Below, piece after piece: positions 57,910 to 64,000 of a DNA stretch of 64,000 bases (position 1 is its first letter; each line of letters begins with the position of its first letter). This stretch comes from Sphingomonadales bacterium. GTDB lineage: Bacteria; Bacteroidota; Bacteroidia; NS11-12g; UBA955. The stretch lies in assembly GCA_016872175.1 (NCBI GenBank), contig VHBA01000005.1, forward strand, positions 9,396 to 73,395. Direction: 5' to 3'. The position numbers were made by a program, and so were the translations under genes. The notes below the pieces were generated by a model that was given only the letters and a program-made list of their open reading frames with translations, was not told the DNA's origin and ran no database searches.

Positions 57910-58102
57910 GTAATTTTTAATTAAAAAATGAAGGAATGGAGGGCAAAGTTTAATGGTCTATTTGTTTATTTGGGAAGGGAATCAGCTCATGTAATGGTTA
58001 AATACGGCTCAAAAAGTGGGTGGAATGAGCGGAATGTTGCAGTTTGCTGAGCTGATAGGGCTGAAAGTGTTCAGGCAGCATGATAAATTCGGTTGGTTGT
58101 AA

Positions 58103-58110
58103 TATATTTG
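58103..58110 (+). promoter_or_regulatory. candidate -7 box TATATTTG for the tRNA gene
   Basis: This is a perfect TAnnTTTG match, 11 nt upstream of the mature tRNA 5' end. TTG elements lie at 58091-58099. Confidence 0.5.
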
Positions 58111-58121
58111 CAGTCCCATTG

Positions 58122-58195
58122 GGGCCTATAGCTCATTCGGTTAGAGCAACTGACTCATAATCAGTAGGTGCTTGGTTCGATCCCAAGTGGGCCCA
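58122..58195 (+). tRNA. tRNA with anticodon CAT (elongator tRNA-Met, or tRNA-Ile2 if lysidine-modified)
   Basis: I folded the cloverleaf manually. The acceptor stem GGGCCTA pairs with TGGGCCC. The D arm is GCTC/GAGC. The anticodon stem ACTGA/TCAGT closes the loop CTCATAA. The T arm is CTTGG-TTCGATC-CCAAG, and the discriminator base is A. No CCA is encoded. The G1-C72 pair argues against an initiator tRNA. Confidence 0.9.
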
Positions 58196-58201
58196 CGAAA
58201 G

Positions 58202-58236
58202 AAAGACGCTGTGAAAACAGTGTCTTTTTTGTTTTT
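58202..58236 (+). terminator. intrinsic terminator after the tRNA
   Basis: AAAGACGCTG pairs with CAGTGTCTTT, including one G-U pair, across the loop TGAAAA. The run TTTTTTGTTTTT follows. Confidence 0.8.
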
Positions 58237-58406
58237 AGTTGATTATAAGTAAGCTAAAAGAACAGGTGCGGATTCTTGTGTACGTCAAGCAAAGTTAATT
58301 TGGCTTCCCACCAAATCTCCCTTTTTTCCGATGAAAAAAATCACCTTGCAAATAGGGTGCGTAGTCATGGATAAATTTTGTGTTCGAAATCAACATTCTA
58401 TTTATC

Positions 58407-58862
58407 ATGAAACATTATCCTGCCTGCATCGCCCCGCCCGACATCATCCAGCCCGGCCCCGGCCTGATTACCGACATTGAGGTAAAAAAAGAAATCAAAA
58501 CCATCAATGTATTCGAAGATCCCCTTCGCATCGACTTTCTCTACTACGCTAGCAATAAGTACATAAACGGCGGCTGGGTGCATATTATGCCCCAAACCTA
58601 CATCCGCCCCGTAGGTTCGGATACACGCTATACCCTGCTGCAGGCCATCAACATTCCCGTAGCACCAAAAAAACACCATTTCAAAACCCAATCTGATATG
58701 CTGTTTTACTCCCTGCTGTTTCCGAAACTGCCCAAGGATGTAACCCACATAGACATTATAGAGCATGACGGCACCGGCGATAACTGGTTTAACTTTTACA
58801 ACGTGTCCATGGAAACCGTGCTCAATGGAATCATCCCCGTAAACATTAAAAGAAGCAAATAA
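58407..58862 (+). CDS. hypothetical cytoplasmic protein (152 aa), first gene of the tRNA-adjacent pair
   Basis: The ATG at 58407 lies 27 nt after an AAATTTTG box. The protein has no signal peptide or TM segment, and I recognised no motif. Confidence 0.6.
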   Translation: MKHYPACIAPPDIIQPGPGLITDIEVKKEIKTINVFEDPLRIDFLYYASNKYINGGWVHIMPQTYIRPVGSDTRYTLLQAINIPVAPKKHHFKTQSDMLFYSLLFPKLPKDVTHIDIIEHDGTGDNWFNFYNVSMETVLNGIIPVNIKRSK

Positions 58863-58871
58863 TACAACCTT

Positions 58872-60059
58872 ATGAAACGATATATTGAAATTGTAATGGA
58901 CAACAGCGGCAGTATGCTCAGCAACCTTACCGCAACGCAGAGCCGCATGGCCGTGGCCAAGGAGCTTTTTAAAAAGGAGGTGTTTCCGCAGCTCAGCCCG
59001 GATGATTCCGTGTGCATTCGCACCCTACGCAGCTATTGTTTGGGTACTTCAGCGGCTCGCAAAACCCCTTATTCCATGCTGGAACAAACCATAGACAGCA
59101 TTAGGCCGGAATTGGGTTGCACGCCCTTGTTTAACACAGTGAAGGATGCAGTGCAGGCCTGTAAAACAGTTACAGCCGATGAAAAGATCATCTTTGTGCT
59201 CACCGATGGTGATGATACCTGTGCTGTGGATTCGACAAAATTCTTTACCCCCGACGAATTAAAATATATACGTACCTTAAACGTAGTGCTGATGCAGTTT
59301 GCCGTCGATTCCGCCACCACCCGCAGCAACCTCAAATGGTTTGCATCAGGCATGGGCGCTCAAACATTTGCCGTTGGAGTTACCGGCCGTACTGATTTCA
59401 GTAGCATGCGTGCCGATTTACGCACCGGACTGGGCAATGCGGGCATCATCCGCGGTGTAACGGTAAATCCCAATCCAGTGCCGGATTATGCATTAACATG
59501 GGAAGAACTGCAAAACCGGGGCGTATTGTTTTATCAGGCTGAATTGCTTTTCAGTGAAGGTTTTCTGAGCTGGAAACCCATGCGCGGGGAGAAACCGGAT
59601 GGCAAAATGTGGAGCGAACTACTGTTTTTATGGAGTTTGCGTTTTGGCAACGGATTGCCGATAGAAATTGTGAGAACCATGCTGTCGGGCCTGCAAAAAC
59701 CCTATGCCTACAGCCAGAGCGGTGTGTATTGGGATTTTGAAAAAACACGCTGGATAGCACCTGAACCCAAACCCTTACAGCGTCTGCCGAATCCGGAGGC
59801 GGAGAAAGAGGATTTGCCTGAAAGAAACCGTGCCTACAGGGAGGTGGAGGATATGTATGAGGAAAATGAGTATTACAAGGTTGAAATGCTTCGCCAGGAA
59901 AATCTGGTAGACACGCCGGGCTATAAACTGGTTAAATGGAATCCCCAAACCGATTTGAAAGTGGTACCCAATAAAGTAAAGAACAAACGGCTAAAAGAAG
60001 GCGATATTGTTCAGTTTGTGCAACCCAAGCCAAGAGGACGGAAGAAGAAGGGTGGGTGA
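58872..60059 (+). CDS. cytoplasmic von Willebrand factor A (vWA) domain protein with complete MIDAS motif and uncharacterised C-terminal half
   Basis: The MIDAS elements are VMDNSGSM (DxSxS), GCTPLF (Thr) and FVLTDGDD (Asp). There is no signal peptide or TM segment. The last ~200 aa are unassigned and end in the basic tail KPRGRKKKGG. The gene starts 9 nt after the previous gene. Confidence 0.75.
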   Translation: MKRYIEIVMDNSGSMLSNLTATQSRMAVAKELFKKEVFPQLSPDDSVCIRTLRSYCLGTSAARKTPYSMLEQTIDSIRPELGCTPLFNTVKDAVQACKTVTADEKIIFVLTDGDDTCAVDSTKFFTPDELKYIRTLNVVLMQFAVDSATTRSNLKWFASGMGAQTFAVGVTGRTDFSSMRADLRTGLGNAGIIRGVTVNPNPVPDYALTWEELQNRGVLFYQAELLFSEGFLSWKPMRGEKPDGKMWSELLFLWSLRFGNGLPIEIVRTMLSGLQKPYAYSQSGVYWDFEKTRWIAPEPKPLQRLPNPEAEKEDLPERNRAYREVEDMYEENEYYKVEMLRQENLVDTPGYKLVKWNPQTDLKVVPNKVKNKRLKEGDIVQFVQPKPRGRKKKGG

Positions 60060-60137
60060 GATTTAGCAACGTAAGTCTGAGTTGCCAACAGGCTGCCTCA
60101 GGTTCAAGGTACAGTATTTAGATGTTGTCTCGCGAAA

Positions 60138-60160
60138 ACTGGTCACAATTTGTGACCGGT
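60138..60160. terminator. palindromic hairpin between convergent genes (likely sixA terminator)
   Basis: ACTGGTCACA-ATT-TGTGACCGGT forms a 10-bp stem including one G-U pair. On the minus strand AGTTTT follows it. Confidence 0.45.
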
Positions 60161-60164
60161 TGAA

Positions 60165-60638
60165 TTACCTCAACCATTCTCCAACCACCACCGCATTACT
60201 CTGCGCCGATATCACCTCATCCTTAAAATGCAACGCCACGGCCGATGAAGTAGGAAAACCCGCTTTTCCTACCTTGCCAAAATGAAATGCCAAGGCCTGC
60301 ATTTCGGGATTGTGTCCCACCACCAAGATACAATTGGCCTTCAGGTTGTTGATGGCATCTATGTATTCGTGTGCCCTGCCCATATAAAGCAGCGCGTGAT
60401 ACACGATATGTTCCGCCGGATAATCAAATACGCGGGCTGCAATCTGTGCGGTGCCTGCCGTGCGCGTAGCCGGACTGCTCAGAACCATTTCCGGAATGAG
60501 ATTGTTTTCTTTCAGCAAAACAGCAGTCTGCTCCGCTTCTTGGCGCCCACGGGCCACCAGCGGCCTCTCAAAGTCGTTGAATGCATCTTCCGCATCGGCG
60601 GCCTTGCCATGCCGCATAAAAATGACCGTTCTGCCCAT
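60165..60638 (-). CDS. sixA: SixA-type phosphohistidine phosphatase (histidine phosphatase superfamily)
   Basis: It has the RHG motif in VIFMRHGKA and the segment VVGHNPEM. Length is 157 aa. Confidence 0.8.
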   Translation of the reverse strand: MGRTVIFMRHGKAADAEDAFNDFERPLVARGRQEAEQTAVLLKENNLIPEMVLSSPATRTAGTAQIAARVFDYPAEHIVYHALLYMGRAHEYIDAINNLKANCILVVGHNPEMQALAFHFGKVGKAGFPTSSAVALHFKDEVISAQSNAVVVGEWLR

Positions 60639-60640
60639 GC

Positions 60641-61042
60641 TCAGGATTTGCTAAGCCGCAGCAGTTTCATACCTGCCCAGCACCAGCCTGCTATCATCAG
60701 CACACCGCCAATCGGGGTTATCGCTCCCAATTTTTTCAGCGATGTGGCCAAAACCTCATTCAAACCTATAAAATATAAGCTTACCGAGAAAATCCACATA
60801 CCCGCTAAAATCAGCAGGATGGGCTTTTCCATGGCTTTGCCAAACAGGGATAAAATCATGATGCCCAAGGCGGTGTAAACCTGATACTGTACGCCGGTTT
60901 CAAATACAGCGATGTAACGCGCAGTGGCAAGGTCTTTCAAGCCATGTGCACCGAAGGCTCCCAGCGCAATGCCGGCAGCCAGCAGCAGCGCACCTAGTGC
61001 AGTAAGGCGGTATTGGGGCTGCCAGTTTGGTGAATTAGTCAT
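60641..61042 (-). CDS. DUF423 (YgdD-like) small membrane protein
   Basis: It has four TM segments and the segment GAFGAHGLK, characteristic of DUF423. Confidence 0.75.
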   Translation of the reverse strand: MTNSPNWQPQYRLTALGALLLAAGIALGAFGAHGLKDLATARYIAVFETGVQYQVYTALGIMILSLFGKAMEKPILLILAGMWIFSVSLYFIGLNEVLATSLKKLGAITPIGGVLMIAGWCWAGMKLLRLSKS

Positions 61043-63575
61043 CCAGTCCGTGCTCTATCAGGGTTAACAGATAACTGCGGTGGTCTTTGCTGTCTTTGTC
61101 GCCACCGGTGCTGCCTTTCAGCTTGCGGGTAATTTCCTGCAATTGTGCGGTTGCCCTGGCCTTGCTGATTTCATCATGGCGGCTGTTACTTTTCAGACCG
61201 GTTATGGCGATCAAACGCTCGGTGTAGTTGATTTGCAGCACCTGACGGAAGCTGTTTACGTTGCTGTTGATGTCTTCATCAAAGATGGCTTTGGTGAGGT
61301 CGCCCAGCATTTCGCCTACGCTGTATTTGTTTCCGTACAGACGGCTGTCGCTGAGGCGCAGCATCATAGTAGGGCTGAGCAAGTGGTCCAGAACACCACT
61401 CTGCATGGCATCCACGCGGTTGTGGAATTTGGGATCCTCACCGGCACCAAAGAAGTTGAAACCACGGCGCTGTGGCTGCAAATACGCCACCATTTCAGCG
61501 GGTACTTCCATGGCATTGGGTGCAAATGCATATTTAGCCAATGCGTTCATGGCGCGTTTCTGATCAGCGTAGGGTACGGGTGTATAAGGCTGTGTGCTGC
61601 CGGCACCGGGTGCCACGCGTTCTACGTACACACCACCCACATAGCGGCTGATAATGCCTGTCATTTGGCTGTATGCGCCGGAAAGACTTCCGTAAGCGTT
61701 GCGCATTTCCTGCCAACTCACGCCGCTGGTGTAGCGGTTTTTCAGGCCTTTCATCAATGACTGTACCTTTTCTATGCGCTCTATGCCGTAGGAGATAGCG
61801 TCCGAGCTCAGGTCGTTCACCATCACGCGGGGATCGATGGCTTTACCAGGTGCGCGCATGTCATCGGCATCGTTACCAAAGGTGAGGGCTTTTTCGCCGC
61901 TGCGTGCCAAAATGGCCGCCAAACGGGCTTTCTCCTGGGTTTCGTCTTCCAGTGCAGGACTGTAGCCGTATTCGATGGCCCACATGTCGTAGGGACCGGG
62001 TGCGGTTTGGCAATAATCTACTGCGTTCACATCGCCGTTCAGGTTGATGGCGGGATAGTCCATCACAGAACCGATGAGGCCATTGGCGGTAATGTTTTTG
62101 TCTTTCAGTTCCGCAGGGCTCAGCAACTGGCTGGCTTTCATATTGTGCTGAAGACCAAAGGTGTGTCCCATTTCGTGCAATACAAGGTAGTGCAGGCTCT
62201 GGTGAATGAGTTTGGTGACTTCCACATCAGAAGCGCCGGAAGCACGCATCATTTCGGTTCCCAGCAGCATTTCATTGTGCAGGGTATGGCCGGCCTCGCA
62301 GAAGTGCCCGTTGGGCTTTTTAATGTCGTATAGTTTTTCGGCCACCAAACGGTTGGTCACAAACACATATTCAAACATGATGTCGGCACCCAATATTTCG
62401 CCGGTGCGGGGGTTTACAAAGCTGGGTCCATAGCCGCCGAAAGGGGGATTGGGGCTGCTTGTCCAGCGCAATACATTGTAGCGGATATCGCCTGCATCCC
62501 AGTCTGCCGTATCAGGCTGTTCCTTTATTTGAACGGCATTGATAAAGCCAAGGGGCTCGAAAGCCTTGTTCCATGCCTCGCCGGCAGCTTTGATGGTGGC
62601 ACGGAATTCTTTGGGAGTGGTATTTTCAATCCACCATACAACAGGCTTAATGGGCTCGCTTTTGGCTACCGAGGGATCTTTCTTGCGCAGGTCCCAGCGG
62701 TGGATGAGATCGCGGTAGTTAACAGCCGCGGTGGTGGTCATGTCATTCACCTGATCGGAGAAGAATCCCACGCGGGGATCGTCATGGCGCGGTTTGTAGC
62801 CATCGGCGGGCATTTCAATCAAGCTGTGCTGCACCACCACGTTGATGGCGCGGGCATCGGTCACTTCTTCGCTGCCACCATTAATCGGGTAGGGGTTTTC
62901 AAATACATAACGCACCACCAAATCCGTGTTCATGGGGTAGTTTTTCAGCTGCTCGTAGCGGGTTTTGGTGCGGCTTAGGCTGCCCAGGTTAAACGCCATG
63001 GGATTACCCGGAAAGCCGCTGGGCTTAATCTGGTGAAGCTTTTCACCCAAAAACAGTTCATCCGCATCAATTAGGTATTCGCCAGTTTTTTCGTCAGTAG
63101 CGATGATTTTTTCATACGCAAGCGAACTGTTGCTGATGTTGGCATTGGCACTCTTGCTGATTTCTTTATTCGGGTCGAAATAGAAGCTGGTATTCTGCTG
63201 TTCAAAATCGATATATTCAAAATGTTTTTTGATTTTGAAAATGCGGCTGCCACGGAATTGTCCGCGGTGAAAACCTGCATCGGTTACACCGTTTTCGGTA
63301 TAGGTAAAATGGATAAACTCTTTGTTGAGCTGGTCTTTTTTGATCAGCAAAAATGATTTCCCGGTAGCCGTATCACGGAACAGGGTAAACAACCCCGGCA
63401 TGCGCTTGCAGCTTTTGGTTTTGGAAACGATGCTTGGCTTGTCGTCCTTGGGTTTGGGTGCTTCAGCAGCAACGGCGGGCGCACCTTTTTTCTTGTCTTT
63501 TTTCTTTTTCTGGGCCAGAACGGGAACAGTAGCTACAGCGAGTGCCATTCCCAGCAGTAAGGTTCTTTTCATCAT
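61035..63575 (-). CDS. secreted zinc-dependent metalloprotease (large HEXXH family)
   Basis: It has the signal peptide MMKRTLLLGMALAVATVPVLAQ and a Lys-rich linker. The zinc site is HEMGHTFGLQHN. Length is 846 aa. Confidence 0.8.
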   Translation of the reverse strand: MMKRTLLLGMALAVATVPVLAQKKKKDKKKGAPAVAAEAPKPKDDKPSIVSKTKSCKRMPGLFTLFRDTATGKSFLLIKKDQLNKEFIHFTYTENGVTDAGFHRGQFRGSRIFKIKKHFEYIDFEQQNTSFYFDPNKEISKSANANISNSSLAYEKIIATDEKTGEYLIDADELFLGEKLHQIKPSGFPGNPMAFNLGSLSRTKTRYEQLKNYPMNTDLVVRYVFENPYPINGGSEEVTDARAINVVVQHSLIEMPADGYKPRHDDPRVGFFSDQVNDMTTTAAVNYRDLIHRWDLRKKDPSVAKSEPIKPVVWWIENTTPKEFRATIKAAGEAWNKAFEPLGFINAVQIKEQPDTADWDAGDIRYNVLRWTSSPNPPFGGYGPSFVNPRTGEILGADIMFEYVFVTNRLVAEKLYDIKKPNGHFCEAGHTLHNEMLLGTEMMRASGASDVEVTKLIHQSLHYLVLHEMGHTFGLQHNMKASQLLSPAELKDKNITANGLIGSVMDYPAINLNGDVNAVDYCQTAPGPYDMWAIEYGYSPALEDETQEKARLAAILARSGEKALTFGNDADDMRAPGKAIDPRVMVNDLSSDAISYGIERIEKVQSLMKGLKNRYTSGVSWQEMRNAYGSLSGAYSQMTGIISRYVGGVYVERVAPGAGSTQPYTPVPYADQKRAMNALAKYAFAPNAMEVPAEMVAYLQPQRRGFNFFGAGEDPKFHNRVDAMQSGVLDHLLSPTMMLRLSDSRLYGNKYSVGEMLGDLTKAIFDEDINSNVNSFRQVLQINYTERLIAITGLKSNSRHDEISKARATAQLQEITRKLKGSTGGDKDSKDHRSYLLTLIEHGLDD

Positions 63576-63642
63576 AAAAGCGTAACTGCAATGATACGCA
63601 GGAACGCGCTATTTTTCGCTAAAAGCCGTTGTATGTGTAGGA

Positions 63643-63840
63643 TTATTCGATGGTAACCTGCTTGTTTTCGAAGGCCACCACCATGCCCGGATAAATTTTG
63701 TTGCGGCGACGGGTTTCGGTTTGTCCGTTCACTTTTACCATACCTGCATCGATGACATTGTTGGCATCGGCGCCGGTTTCTACCCAGCCCAAAAGTTTCA
63801 GCAGTGAATTGAGTTGAATGAAGGGTGTATGAATTTTCAT
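63643..63840 (-). CDS. S4-domain RNA-binding protein (YbcJ-like)
   Basis: It is 65 aa from the ATG at 63840. The sequence IQLNSLLKLLGWVETGADANNVIDAGMVKVNGQTETRRRNKIYPGMVV matches the YbcJ/S4 pattern. Confidence 0.75.
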   Translation of the reverse strand: MKIHTPFIQLNSLLKLLGWVETGADANNVIDAGMVKVNGQTETRRRNKIYPGMVVAFENKQVTIE

Positions 63841-63873
63841 AAAATCTAATATACGAAAAAAAAGTGAGATTTC

Positions 63874-63881
63874 CAAATTTA
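63874..63881 (-). promoter_or_regulatory. candidate -7 box TAAATTTG for the S4-domain gene
   Basis: This is a perfect TAnnTTTG match on the minus strand, 33 nt upstream of the ATG at 63840. Confidence 0.4.
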
Positions 63882-64000
63882 TCAAACGTTTTATTTCATG
63901 CCTGCGGATGATACAGGGCAGGGTTTTCGCCTTTGGGGTTGGCTTGTTTTGTAATGTTATGCAAGATGTAAAACTGCTTTCCTCACACGCCGAAGAAGAA

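Noticed and set aside
58331-58480. 49-aa ORF (MKKITLQIGCVV...) overlapping the start of the 152-aa gene in another frame
   Set aside because: It is short, has no motif, and overlaps a better-supported ORF. The composition of its second half (PARHHPARPRP) looks like an out-of-frame artefact.
58196-60160. Interpretation of the tRNA-adjacent pair as an integrated mobile element
   Set aside because: There is no integrase or recombinase gene. The tRNA 3' end (GGTTCGATCCCAAGTGGGCCCA) is not duplicated downstream, and no compositional shift is evident.

Overview
This window looks like a chromosomal segment from a Bacteroidota genome. The evidence is the absence of Shine-Dalgarno sequences, recurrent TAnnTTTG '-7' promoter boxes, and many proteins carrying T9SS type A or type B C-terminal sorting domains. 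I call about 53 protein genes and one tRNA (anticodon CAT). I saw no rRNA, CRISPR array, integrase or prophage.

Most genes are housekeeping: accC, greA, a HIT-family gene, lgt, holB, mnmE, acs, argS, rlmH, suhB-like, hutI, pdxJ, nadD and gmk. Cell-envelope and secreted proteins are interspersed among them:
- a three-gene outer-membrane module at 3180-11990;
- an ECF sigma factor, then a membrane protein with a type B sorting domain, then an 1.8-kaa PKD protein;
- a 1495-aa M4 protease with six Ig-like repeats;
- a PNGase-F-like T9SS cargo protein.

The accessory or unusual parts are:
- a two-gene module next to the tRNA, made of a protein of unknown function and a cytoplasmic vWA/MIDAS protein (58407-60059). 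This is my best candidate for an undescribed system;
- the outer-membrane trio;
- an IS200-like (RAYT-like) Y1 transposase flanked by REP-like GC-rich hairpins and a G10 tract;
- a SulP gene truncated to its first ~125 residues;
- a very AT-rich LysE gene;
- a GTTTAAT repeat cluster in the divergent region upstream of the tRNA;
- a recurring layout in which TTTG boxes lie 4-8 nt before start codons, suggesting leaderless mRNAs.

Every functional call rests on motifs I read in the translated ORFs. No database search was run.
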